This document shows, piece by piece, positions 6,910 to 15,151 of a stretch of 32,000 bases of DNA (the stretch's first letter is position 1; every line of letters begins with the position of its first letter). A program made the position numbers and the translations under genes. The notes under the pieces are model-generated. The model was not told where the DNA came from. It worked only from the letters and a program-made list of their open reading frames with translations, and made no database searches. This stretch comes from Chlamydiota bacterium (lineage in GTDB: Bacteria > Auribacterota > JACPWU01): positions 13,885 through 45,884 of the forward strand of contig JACPWU010000028.1 of assembly GCA_016196885.1 (NCBI GenBank), written 5' to 3'.

Positions 6910-8098
6910 AACCAAAGGTGGATCCCCTCCCCCATTGAGATTGAACCCACACCTCACCCTTGTGGGCCTGAACAATGTGCTTCACAATGGAAAGCCCTAA
7001 TCCTGTTCCTCCCACATCGCCCAACTCGGGTCGGCCCAATCGAGGCGAGTTCACTTCTCGAGAGCGAGACTTATCTACGCGATAAAATCTTTCAAAAATC
7101 CTGGGCTGATCATCTGGAGGAATTCCAATCCCTGTATCCTTCACATTCACTTGGAGAAAATCTCCATCTTGAAAGGCACAAACCGTCACACGCCCTTTTT
7201 CAGGAGTGTATTTAATGGCATTGTCCAGGAGATTCACCATCACCTGAGAAAGCCGCACCTCATCTCCCAACACTTGAGGAATATCTTGAGCTAAATCTGA
7301 ATTCACAGAAAGAGTTTTTGCCCTCGCCGCTTGTTCCAAAATCGAAATTGCCTTTTGAATCACTCTCCTCATATCCACAGGGAGAAAAACCATTTTGACT
7401 TTTCCAGATTCCATTCGAGCCAAATCCAAAAGATCATCGACCAACTGGGACAAGCGATTGCTGTCACAGCTCACAATCTGTAGAAATTGACGAAGATCCG
7501 TCGGATTTTCCATGGCCCCATCCAGCAGCGTTTCAACATAACCCTTGATGCTGGAAAGGGGTGTGCGAAGCTCGTGAGAAACATTCGCAACAAAATCCTG
7601 TCGAACCTTTTCCAAGCGACGTAGTTCCGTAATATCATGAAAAACTAAAATGGCCCCCTCTACCTCATCTCGAATCACAACGGGCACCGCATTCACCTTA
7701 AAAAACTTTTCTTCAGGATGAGTTAACACTACCTCTTCAGTAATCAATCTATCTGTCAAACCCAGCGTTCTTTCCACAATATTTTGAATGGAAACATTTC
7801 GAATCATCTCCAAAGGGCTTTTTCCATAAGGATCCGTGTCCATCATGAATATTTTTTTGAAAGAAGGATTCGCAAAAAGAATGCGCCCCTTTGGGTCGGT
7901 AAGAAGGACTCCCTCAAACATGCTGGACAAAACAGCATCCAACTTGGCCTGTCCCATCCCCCCGGCCTCAGCCTTTTCTTTCAGATTGGACTGCGAACTC
8001 TTTAGAGAAGACTGCAAAGCTTGAATCAATCGGCGAGAACGATAGAGACGATAAAACAGAAAAAGCAGAAAAATTGTTAGTACGATTTGGAAGACCAT
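6887..8098 (-). CDS. phoR: phosphate regulon sensor histidine kinase PhoR
   Basis: TM segment, PAS-like region, H-box FVANVSHELRTPLSSI, N-box LLDNAIKYT, and G-boxes DTGIGIP and GGTGLGLSIVKHIV. ATG at 8096-8098 is preferred over the TTG at 8146, which lies inside the repeat element. Confidence 0.85.
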   Translation of the reverse strand: MVFQIVLTIFLLFLFYRLYRSRRLIQALQSSLKSSQSNLKEKAEAGGMGQAKLDAVLSSMFEGVLLTDPKGRILFANPSFKKIFMMDTDPYGKSPLEMIRNVSIQNIVERTLGLTDRLITEEVVLTHPEEKFFKVNAVPVVIRDEVEGAILVFHDITELRRLEKVRQDFVANVSHELRTPLSSIKGYVETLLDGAMENPTDLRQFLQIVSCDSNRLSQLVDDLLDLARMESGKVKMVFLPVDMRRVIQKAISILEQAARAKTLSVNSDLAQDIPQVLGDEVRLSQVMVNLLDNAIKYTPEKGRVTVCAFQDGDFLQVNVKDTGIGIPPDDQPRIFERFYRVDKSRSREVNSPRLGRPELGDVGGTGLGLSIVKHIVQAHKGEVWVQSQWGRGSTFGFTVPFAS

Positions 8099-8123
8099 AT
8101 TAAAATCCAGCCGTAAAAAAATA

Positions 8124-8239
8124 CAATGACAAATTCCCAATTTCAAATGTCAAATCAATGACCAATGACTCAATGTCCAATGGGTCATTGGTCCATTGGA
8201 AATTAATTTGTCATTGGGTATTGGTCATTTGAAATTGAA
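8124..8239. repeat. 7-8-nt-period hairpin element, CCAATGA/TCATTGG word (phoB-phoR spacer)
   Basis: The left half has tandem caatgac-like units and the right half tandem gtcattg/attggtc units. The centre is ccaatg-ggt-cattgg near 8184. Confidence 0.8.
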
Positions 8240-8283
8240 TAGAGGTATATTTCCATTTTATTCATCGAAACTTATAGTTATAA

Positions 8284-8970
8284 CTATTCCTCCTTAAATT
8301 TATACCCCATCCCTCTTACCGTCTCAATCCCATCCCCTGCCTTCCCTAATTTTTCCCGCAACCGCTTCACATGGGTATCAATGGTGCGCGTATCAATTTC
8401 AGCATGAACATCCCAAACATCTGCCAGCAAGCGATCTCTGGACTGAACGCGCCCTCGGCGCTCGATCAACACACACAAAAGTTTGAACTCCATGGGCGTC
8501 AACTCGATTCCCCTCTTTTGAAACGTCACCTCATGCCTAGGGATATCAATCTTTAAAGCACCCACCTCCAAAATTTCCTTTGGAGAAGCCTCCACACTCA
8601 CCCTTCTCAAAATGGCCTTGATCCGCAAAACAAGTTCGCGAGGGCTGAAAGGCTTCACCATGTAATCATCTGCCCCCAACTCAAGCCCCACCACCCGATC
8701 CACCTCTTCTCCCTTGGCCGTCAACATGAGAACCGGAATTCTTTTCCAACGCGCATCTTGCCGAATCAATCGACAAACCTCCAGCCCATCCATCCCTGGC
8801 AACATCAAATCCAAAATAATAAAATCCACCATTTTTTGATCTAAAACTTTAAAGGCCTCTTCACCGCTCATCCCCACGAAAGTCTCAAAGCCAGATTTTT
8901 CCAAGTTGTAAGCAATCAGCTTTGAGATATTGTCATCATCTTCAATGATCAAAACTCTTTTTTTGGGCAT
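8284..8970 (-). CDS. phoB: OmpR-family phosphate regulon response regulator PhoB
   Basis: Receiver domain (VLIIEDD, DLMLPGMDG, LTAKG) plus a winged-helix output domain (TPMEFKLL, VRGMGYKF). Adjacent to phoR. Confidence 0.9.
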   Translation of the reverse strand: MPKKRVLIIEDDDNISKLIAYNLEKSGFETFVGMSGEEAFKVLDQKMVDFIILDLMLPGMDGLEVCRLIRQDARWKRIPVLMLTAKGEEVDRVVGLELGADDYMVKPFSPRELVLRIKAILRRVSVEASPKEILEVGALKIDIPRHEVTFQKRGIELTPMEFKLLCVLIERRGRVQSRDRLLADVWDVHAEIDTRTIDTHVKRLREKLGKAGDGIETVRGMGYKFKEE

Positions 8971-9101
8971 GGCGTACTTAGCGCTACCTTGTTCTCATCT
9001 TGCGCATCATATCAAAATCACAGCCAAAAATCTTCCTTTCAGAGTTTAAGATTGTCTTCAAAGACAAGAGAGATCAACTTGTAGGAGAAAAAGGAAAGGG
9101 A

Positions 9102-9575
9102 CTATGATAAGGAAGCCATTTTTCTCTTCTCTTCCTCCTCTTCCTTCAAAAAATACTCAAAGAGATTGTGATCAAAAGGCTTGTGTTGGGGATTAGGAAG
9201 GGAACCTCGAATCCTGCAAAGGCAATAGTAACAAATGGTGATATTGGGTAAAAATTTATACAAAATAAAATCCAAAATAGCGACGACGGGTAAGCTCAGC
9301 CCATAAGTCCAAGGCACAAAACAAGCCCCGATGATCACAATCAGACATCCTGCCTCTTGAGGGAAATCTCTCTGCACATAAAAATCTTTTTTTTCACACA
9401 GGGGGCAAATATCTAGAACTTTTGATTTTAGAGACTCTGAAACAAAAACCTTTTTCTCATTCGCACACTTTTTACAACTCACCGCATGAAGATTTTCAAA
9501 GCCCTTGAATTTGTTTCGCCTCGAACAAATTCTTTCATCCGGCAACACATTCTGACAATCGTAAATAAGATCCAT
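9102..9575 (-). CDS. hypothetical zinc-ribbon membrane protein
   Basis: 157 aa with CKKC-x20-CPLC, two hydrophobic segments, CYYCLC, and an acidic/basic tail. No family recognised. Confidence 0.5.
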   Translation of the reverse strand: MDLIYDCQNVLPDERICSRRNKFKGFENLHAVSCKKCANEKKVFVSESLKSKVLDICPLCEKKDFYVQRDFPQEAGCLIVIIGACFVPWTYGLSLPVVAILDFILYKFLPNITICYYCLCRIRGSLPNPQHKPFDHNLFEYFLKEEEEEKRKMASLS

Positions 9576-9597
9576 AAAACTCCTTAAATTATAATAA

Positions 9598-9628
9598 GCA
9601 CGAAACTAGAATTTCGAATTTGTTTTTA
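9598..9628. repeat. solo arm of the CGAA/TTCG word family
   Basis: agcacgaaactagaatttcgaatttgttttt shares agcacgaa and gaatttcgaattt / aatttgttt with the 5190-5319 element. No inverted partner nearby. Confidence 0.6.
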
Positions 9629-10369
9629 AAGTGGCATTGCACACATTCTTGTCAAATACCCCGCCATCAATTCACCCATAAAAACAGAGGCCGTGGTGAA
9701 ATAAAGAATGCCTGTCGTCGAGCGATTCGAATGAATTTTTGCGCATTGATAAGCAAAAATCAGAAAAAAAATGGGCAAAAGCCCTCCCCACAAAAATCGG
9801 CTCAAAAATAAAATATCCCCTGCCTGATAAAACAACTTTGTCCAACTCCCCTCACCTCTAAGAAAGAGCGCAAAACCGACTTCACCCATTCTCAAAACTG
9901 ACAAACCCAGAAAAACCAAACACCCGAGAACCAAATGTCGGAAGGAAAGTCGGGGCCGGATTAAATACCAATGTCCCAAAACCATGCTAAAAAGAGAAGC
10001 CCCGAGTAAGAGGGCACTCAAGAAGAGATTTAAGAAAGCCTGCATGGAAATTTCCCCCTCCTCTCCAAGTCCCAGCACTAAAACAACCACACCTACGGCA
10101 AAAACGGGCAAAACCCATAAATCTATTTTTTCTAATTCCAAGCGATTGATCGCCAAATACACCACCATGTCTAAAAAAATAAAAACCATCAATCCTATAT
10201 TGCCGATCAACCCCTGAAGAATCCCACCTAAAATACCAAAGGCAATGGATAAAAAAATCAGAAGACGAAAAAAGGTTTTTCCCGTATCCTGAAGAGGAAT
10301 CAAGGTCAACCAGGGAAGAATCCCGACAGACAATTTGATAAAGAATAAACTTAGGACGTGATTTAACAT
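9626..10369 (-). CDS. hypothetical polytopic membrane protein
   Basis: About 8 hydrophobic segments, with GHWYLIRP and a conserved-looking C-terminus. The start is placed at the internal Met (10367-10369) because the upstream part of the ORF is a 14-bp tandem repeat. Confidence 0.5.
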   Translation of the reverse strand: MLNHVLSLFFIKLSVGILPWLTLIPLQDTGKTFFRLLIFLSIAFGILGGILQGLIGNIGLMVFIFLDMVVYLAINRLELEKIDLWVLPVFAVGVVVLVLGLGEEGEISMQAFLNLFLSALLLGASLFSMVLGHWYLIRPRLSFRHLVLGCLVFLGLSVLRMGEVGFALFLRGEGSWTKLFYQAGDILFLSRFLWGGLLPIFFLIFAYQCAKIHSNRSTTGILYFTTASVFMGELMAGYLTRMCAMPL

Positions 10370-10374
10370 ACAAT

Positions 10375-10402
10375 GAAGAGTGTAAAGTGAAGAGTGTAAA
10401 GT
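10375..10402. repeat. perfect 14-bp x2 tandem (gaagagtgtaaagt), i.e. four 7-mers
   Basis: Occupies 10375-10388 and 10389-10402 and fills the short divergent gap before the ygfZ-like ATG. Related to cactttacactttc at 5252-5265 (reverse complement). Confidence 0.85.
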
Positions 10403-10406
10403 TGCC

Positions 10407-11333
10407 ATGGAAAAATTATCTTCTATCGAAAAAGAATGGAAAGCCGTCAGAACACAAGTGGGTTTTTTAGACTTATCTCATCAAGGGAAAATTCTTGTTG
10501 AAGGAAAAGATCGTGCGAGTTTTCTTCATAACATGTTTTCAAATGATATCAAATCTCTCACTCCTGGCATCCATCGCTACACCACGCTCCTGACACCCAA
10601 AGGAAAAATCATTTCGGACATTGACGTCTATGCTTTTGAAAATTATTTTATACTGGAACTTTATCCAGAAAACGTGAAAAAGGTTGTTGATCGGCTCAAC
10701 TCTTTTATCATCACAGAGGATGTAATGCTTAAAGACGTCAGCCCTCTTTTCGGCCACCTCTCTTTTCAGGGACCTCTTTCAAATGAGAAAATTCTTTCTG
10801 GAAACTTTCAAGCCTTTGATCACGAACGCTGTGGAGAGAAGGGTTATGACTTTATCATTCCCATGAAAAATTTAGAGACACAAAAGATCCAGTCCATTGG
10901 TCTCACAACCTACAATATCTTGCGGATCGAGGCTGGTATTCCCTGGTACGGATCTGAATTAGATGAAACCATTATTCCCAACGAGGCCAATCTGGAAAAT
11001 GCCATCAGTTGGACAAAAGGCTGCTACCCCGGCCAAGAAATTGTCGCCCGCGTTAAATATTTAGGTGGGGTTCAGAAAAAACTCACAGGAATTGTGATGG
11101 AAGGAAATGTAATTCCTCAAAAAGGTGACAGAATTTTAAAAGACGAAAAAGAAATAGGAATCATCACCAGTGCTGTCTATTCCTTTCAACTTTCTTGCCC
11201 CATCGCCCTGGCCTATTTAAAAACAGCATCAGCAACTCCTGATGAAAAAATTCAAATTCATCACGAAGATAAAATTTTAAACGGTAAAGTACAGTCCCTC
11301 CCTTTTTATAAAAGACAGGAGACCTCTTCATGA
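10407..11333 (+). CDS. ygfZ: YgfZ/GcvT-like folate-binding protein
   Basis: Aminomethyltransferase-like N-terminus (VGFLDLSHQGKILVEGKD) and the YgfZ signature KGCYPGQEIVAR. Confidence 0.75.
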   Translation: MEKLSSIEKEWKAVRTQVGFLDLSHQGKILVEGKDRASFLHNMFSNDIKSLTPGIHRYTTLLTPKGKIISDIDVYAFENYFILELYPENVKKVVDRLNSFIITEDVMLKDVSPLFGHLSFQGPLSNEKILSGNFQAFDHERCGEKGYDFIIPMKNLETQKIQSIGLTTYNILRIEAGIPWYGSELDETIIPNEANLENAISWTKGCYPGQEIVARVKYLGGVQKKLTGIVMEGNVIPQKGDRILKDEKEIGIITSAVYSFQLSCPIALAYLKTASATPDEKIQIHHEDKILNGKVQSLPFYKRQETSS

Positions 11334-11938
11334 GCTACCCCATCCTCAAAAACAGAATGGATTTAATAGGTCCTCTGGTCAAAGACAAAACAATTTTAGA
11401 TTTGGGCTGCGTAGATCACTATGTAAAGCAACTTCAAGGATCTTGGATGCATCGGGAACTTAAAAAACGAGCCAAAGAAGTGACGGGTGTAGACCATCTC
11501 CCCGAGGCCATCGAACAACTTCAAAAAATGGGTTATCACGTCGTCTGCCAGGATGTGGAAAAACTAAACTTGCATCAAAAATTTGACATCGTGGTTGCAG
11601 GAGAAATCATCGAACACCTTAAGAATCCCGGTCTATTTCTGGAAGGAGTGCAAAACCATTTAAAAGAAGACGGGCTTTTAATTCTGACTACGCCCAACCC
11701 TTTTTCCATTGCCCAATTTTTTAAAATCCTAAAACGCAACCAAATCAAAGTAAATGTTGACCACACCACCTGGTTCGATCCCCAAACCCTTCAAGTCCTG
11801 CTCACCAAAAATCACTTTCAGGTAAAAGAAATTTACTGGCTCAATGATTTTAAAAGATTCTGGATCCGATCCCTCTGGGCCAAGTTCAGACCCTATTTCC
11901 ACGATGGATTTTTGGTAGTTTGCGAAAAGAGAAAATAA
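11330..11938 (+). CDS. class I SAM-dependent methyltransferase
   Basis: Motif I ILDLGCVDH and the post-I/II motif DIVVAGEIIEHL. Its ATGA overlaps the upstream stop. Confidence 0.75.
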   Translation: MSYPILKNRMDLIGPLVKDKTILDLGCVDHYVKQLQGSWMHRELKKRAKEVTGVDHLPEAIEQLQKMGYHVVCQDVEKLNLHQKFDIVVAGEIIEHLKNPGLFLEGVQNHLKEDGLLILTTPNPFSIAQFFKILKRNQIKVNVDHTTWFDPQTLQVLLTKNHFQVKEIYWLNDFKRFWIRSLWAKFRPYFHDGFLVVCEKRK

Positions 11939-11953
11939 CCTGGGTTTAACATC

Positions 11954-13594
11954 TCAAATCTTCTTAAACATCCTCTTCCCGATTCTAGCCAATGCCGGAG
12001 AATGGTCTTTTCGACCAATTTGAATATTGAGGAGAAAAAAGTTTTTTTCGTCTGCAAGGGCATTTTCTAAGGCCCTCAGCAGTTCGCCCTCTGTTTGAAC
12101 AAAAAAACCACGGCCACCGCCTAAGATATTTGGAATTTGATGATATTTCCAATTCACAATGTCATTGTAAGAATGCTCTGCCTGTTCAATAATGCGCTCG
12201 GCGCCATAGCCTTGATTGTTGAGAAGTAAAACAATCGGATTCAACTTCCACCGGAGCATGGTTGAAAGTTCCAAGCCCGTCATTTGGAATGCGCCGTCCC
12301 CCACAATGACAATCGGCCTCAAATGAGGCCTCGCCAATTGAGCCCCCAAAGCCGCAGGAACAGAAAACCCCATCGAGGTATAATAAGCAGGACTGAAAAA
12401 TTCTGTGCGCTTACGAATGGTTAAATCCAAAGCACCAAAGAGAGAATCTCCGATGTCCGCAATCACCACCATTTTTTCATCCAGAAGCGTATCCAAATAT
12501 TGAAAAAACCTTTTCAGACAAACGGGGGCTTTGCTTTGAGTTTTGAAAAGTTCCTCTTTGCGAGATCCGCTTTTTTTGGGAGCCTTTCTTTTTCGAATGG
12601 GAGCATGCACCAAACCTCTCACAAAATCCTCGAAAACAATTTCTTCAAATCGATGATACCGAATCAGAATTTTTTCGGAGGTGGCATAAATTGAACGCGC
12701 CTGATCCAGTCGAGCCGTAAAAATTCCTAAATTAATGTCCGTCATAAAAGCACCCAACATGATCAGACAATCGGAATTTTCCACCCCTTGACGGACTTTT
12801 TCATCCCCCACCGCTCCTTCATATACGCCGCGATACAAGGGATGCACTTCACTGATCACCGATTTCCCCAGGGCTGTCGAAACCACAGGAATTTGAGTTT
12901 TCTCAACTAGTTTGATTAAAGCATCCTGAAGGCCAAAACGATGAATTTCAACATCGGCTAAAATGACAGGACGCCGACTTCTGTTAATCATTTGAACCGC
13001 TTCATCTAAGGCTTCCCTTAAAGCCTTAGAATTGCTGATGATTTGTGTGGGCCGTAACTGATGGGGATAAGGGCTTTCAACATCTGTCATGTCCCTGGGA
13101 AGCTCAATATAGACGGGTCGTTTGTAGCGTAAAGCCATGTCCAGAACACGGTCAATTTCTTGAAACGCCGTCAGAGGATCATTTAAAACCGTGCTCGCCA
13201 CCGTTAATTGATCAAAAATTTCTTTTTGAGTCGTGAATTCTCGCACACGGTGATGAAGCAGTGCATTTTTCTCCCGCTCCTTCATGCCCGGCGCCCCACT
13301 GATCAAAACCACAGGAGATTTTTCAGCATAAGCACCCGCGATGGGATTGGCCACATTGAGCCCACCCACGCAATAAGTGACGCAAACAGCCCCCAACCCT
13401 TTCATTCGCGCATAGGCATCTGCAGCAAAACCCGCAGAATCTTCCCGCGTGGTGACAATGGGTATCATTTCACTTGCTTCAATGAGGGAATAGAAGCGAA
13501 GGACATAATCGCCTGGAATACCAAAAATATGATCCACGCCTAAACTTTTAAGGCGTTTCAAAAGATATCGTCCGATGGAGATACGCTTTTGCAT
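11954..13594 (-). CDS. thiamine-diphosphate-dependent 2-keto-acid decarboxylase (pyruvate/indolepyruvate decarboxylase family)
   Basis: 546 aa with N-terminal GIPGDYVL, catalytic Glu context TTREDSAGFAADAYAR, and the ThDP motif GDGAFQMTGLELSTM...LLLNNQGYG. Confidence 0.8.
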   Translation of the reverse strand: MQKRISIGRYLLKRLKSLGVDHIFGIPGDYVLRFYSLIEASEMIPIVTTREDSAGFAADAYARMKGLGAVCVTYCVGGLNVANPIAGAYAEKSPVVLISGAPGMKEREKNALLHHRVREFTTQKEIFDQLTVASTVLNDPLTAFQEIDRVLDMALRYKRPVYIELPRDMTDVESPYPHQLRPTQIISNSKALREALDEAVQMINRSRRPVILADVEIHRFGLQDALIKLVEKTQIPVVSTALGKSVISEVHPLYRGVYEGAVGDEKVRQGVENSDCLIMLGAFMTDINLGIFTARLDQARSIYATSEKILIRYHRFEEIVFEDFVRGLVHAPIRKRKAPKKSGSRKEELFKTQSKAPVCLKRFFQYLDTLLDEKMVVIADIGDSLFGALDLTIRKRTEFFSPAYYTSMGFSVPAALGAQLARPHLRPIVIVGDGAFQMTGLELSTMLRWKLNPIVLLLNNQGYGAERIIEQAEHSYNDIVNWKYHQIPNILGGGRGFFVQTEGELLRALENALADEKNFFLLNIQIGRKDHSPALARIGKRMFKKI

Positions 13595-13606
13595 ATTTTT
13601 CGAGGA

Positions 13607-14023
13607 CTATTCTAGTAACTTTTCACGACGAGCTGCAAGACCTAAACGCTCATCCGAAGTTAAAAAACGTATATTTTTCTCTTTTGTCCTTAGTAAAAGC
13701 GCCGAAGCCAGATGAATCGAGTCTAATGCTTTTAATGCATGTTTCTCCAAAAGGAAACCCGCTTGATCAATCAATTCCTCATCCACCTCGACCCGCACAA
13801 AATGCTGCCAATCCTTTACAAAGGTCTGCAGTAAAATCTGCCATTCTTTCTTTGTGAATGTTCCTTCACGATGTCTACGAGCCAAAGCGGACTTCATTTC
13901 GATAAAAGCAATAATAGAAGTTGCAACAGCTGAGGCCTCACGCACATTCTCAGCAATTTTTTTAGAATCTGATTCTGCAATGTAAAGCTTGGCCAAAGAG
14001 CTGGTATCCAGATAAAGAATCAT
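13607..14023 (-). CDS. vapC: PIN-domain toxin VapC
   Basis: 138 aa with acidic residues in PIN order (LDTSS, IEM, LDSIHL, TSDERL). Overlaps the antitoxin stop by 4 nt. Confidence 0.85.
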   Translation of the reverse strand: MILYLDTSSLAKLYIAESDSKKIAENVREASAVATSIIAFIEMKSALARRHREGTFTKKEWQILLQTFVKDWQHFVRVEVDEELIDQAGFLLEKHALKALDSIHLASALLLRTKEKNIRFLTSDERLGLAARREKLLE

Positions 14024-14289
14024 TCTCGTTCTTCCAAAATGGTTTGAGAAAGGGGCTTGCCTTTAAGCATAATACGTTTTTTTAAACCCTGAGGTAAACC
14101 CCCTTCCCAAGAAACCCGGCCTTCTTGAAGCAATTGCAAAACGAAGGGATTTTCTTCCTCTGATCGAATGGGCATTAAAATCGCGATCTTTTTACCGCGC
14201 TCTGTAATGGCGACCATTTCACCTTTTTTAACATACCTCAAGTACTGGCTTAAATGCGCCTTTACAGCTCTCACACCTACAGCAGTCAT
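14020..14289 (-). CDS. Phd/YefM-type antitoxin
   Basis: 89 aa with an N-terminus typical of Phd/YefM (VRAVKAHLSQYLRYVKKGEMVAITERGKKIAILMP). AGGAGGGTGG RBS at 14291-14300. Confidence 0.8.
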   Translation of the reverse strand: MTAVGVRAVKAHLSQYLRYVKKGEMVAITERGKKIAILMPIRSEEENPFVLQLLQEGRVSWEGGLPQGLKKRIMLKGKPLSQTILEERE

Positions 14290-14300
14290 ACCACCCTCCT

Positions 14301-14331
14301 TGTAACTACAATATACAAAAATGTGACTACA
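14301..14331 (-). promoter_or_regulatory. direct 10-mers TGT(A/G)ACTACA spaced 21 bp apart, candidate TA operator
   Basis: tgtaactaca at 14301-14310 and tgtgactaca at 14322-14331, immediately upstream of the antitoxin RBS. Confidence 0.3.
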
Positions 14332-14370
14332 TTTTCAAGAAAAACTTTAATCACACCCCTATCCGATCCA

Positions 14371-14574
14371 GTATTTAAAAGTATGTCCTTTATTCATGCG
14401 GGTGACGCCCAACGGGGTTCCCATCAAGCGCCGGAAGAAAGAGTCACTCGCATCGGCTATACATCTGGCACCCTTATCGAGACCGACCCCACAGGGGCTA
14501 TAACCTCTGTGCCGTTGATGGGGTTGTTGGGCGACAGGACCCGCCACCTTTCCAAAGGACACACTTTTAAATAC
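14371..14574. ncRNA. candidate structured ncRNA, rod-like with an internal three-way region (6S-like architecture); strand unresolved
   Basis: GC-rich island in AT-rich DNA. Nested helices: 14371-14391/14554-14574 (21 bp, one A.C on plus that is G.U on minus), 14398-14403/14539-14544, 14406-14413/14526-14533 and 14420-14427/14515-14522. Internal hairpins: 14443-14450/14478-14487 and 14490-14497/14504-14511. The long ORFs on both strands here look non-protein-like. Confidence 0.5.
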
Positions 14575-14600
14575 ATCATCTTCCCATACAAAACCCCCGC

Positions 14601-14629
14601 TAGACAAAGTCACTCCCCTAAGGTAAAAT
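14601..14629 (+). promoter_or_regulatory. sigma70-like promoter for nuoJ
   Basis: TAGACA (14601-14606), a 17-nt spacer, then TAAAAT (14624-14629). GGGAAGG RBS before the ATG at 14657. Confidence 0.5.
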
Positions 14630-14656
14630 ACGCCAAAAATTTGGGAAGGCAATGAG

Positions 14657-15151
14657 ATGGAATCTGTTTTGTTTTACACCTTTGCAACCTTGGTTGTAAC
14701 AACAGCCCTTTTGGTGATTTTTTCAAATCATCCGGCTTACAGCGTTCTCTATTTGGTCCTGACTATGTTTGGTCTAGCATCTCTTTACGTCATGCTTCAC
14801 GCCTATTTCGTCGCAGCCATTCAATTGATGGTCTATGCAGGCGCCATTTTGGTTCTTTTCCTTTTTGTGATCATGCTTCTGAATTTGGAAAGAGAAGGTG
14901 AAGAATCTTTCCGATCAGGCCCCTCCCGATGGCTCGCACTTCCTCTGACCTTGGTTTTTCTGGTTGAACTTTATACAGTTGTCATGCAAATTCACATCAA
15001 AGGCTCTAAAGGCCTTTCGGTAGAAGGCAACACAGAATCTCTAGGACATCTGCTTTTCACCCAACATCTTTTACCGTTTGAAATCATTTCATTTGTTTTG
15101 TTGGCCGCTATTTTAGGAACCACGATTCTTTCCAAGAGGAATTGGAAATGA
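14657..15151 (+). CDS. nuoJ: NADH-quinone oxidoreductase subunit J
   Basis: 164 aa with VYAGAILVLFLFVIMLLN, typical of NuoJ/ND6. Confidence 0.9.
   Translation: MESVLFYTFATLVVTTALLVIFSNHPAYSVLYLVLTMFGLASLYVMLHAYFVAAIQLMVYAGAILVLFLFVIMLLNLEREGEESFRSGPSRWLALPLTLVFLVELYTVVMQIHIKGSKGLSVEGNTESLGHLLFTQHLLPFEIISFVLLAAILGTTILSKRNWK

Noticed and set aside
9052-9067. TTGTCTT-ca-AAGACAA palindrome upstream of phoB as a Pho box or terminator
   Set aside because: It is an inverted repeat, not the direct repeat expected for PhoB. The 2-nt loop and 7-bp AT-rich stem with no T-run make a poor terminator. The evidence is insufficient.
9987-10373. 128-aa alternative-frame minus-strand ORF inside the polytopic membrane gene
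   Set aside because: It is on the same strand but out of frame with a longer ORF that has clear TM periodicity. The composition looks spurious.
11772-11781. GGTTCGATCC, a tRNA T-arm-like motif
   Set aside because: It lies in frame inside the methyltransferase CDS (TWFDPQ). No acceptor, D or anticodon stems can be drawn around it.
14371-14574. Possible c-di-AMP (ydaO-type) riboswitch, T-box or SRP RNA
   Set aside because: Short resemblances exist: ACGGGGUUCCCA, CCGACCCCACAG..CUAUAACCUC and CCGGAAGAAAG. They are not collinear with the ydaO consensus as I remember it. The GGAA is not closed by the SRP helix-8 pairs, and no T-box sequence is present. An apparent promoter also separates the element from nuoJ.
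14254-14655. 133-aa plus-strand ORF and 97-aa minus-strand ORF (14359-14652) covering the GC-rich island
   Set aside because: Both translations look non-protein-like. The plus ORF starts inside the antitoxin gene. Open frames on both strands are expected for a GC-rich structured segment in AT-rich DNA. It is interpreted as an RNA or structural element instead.
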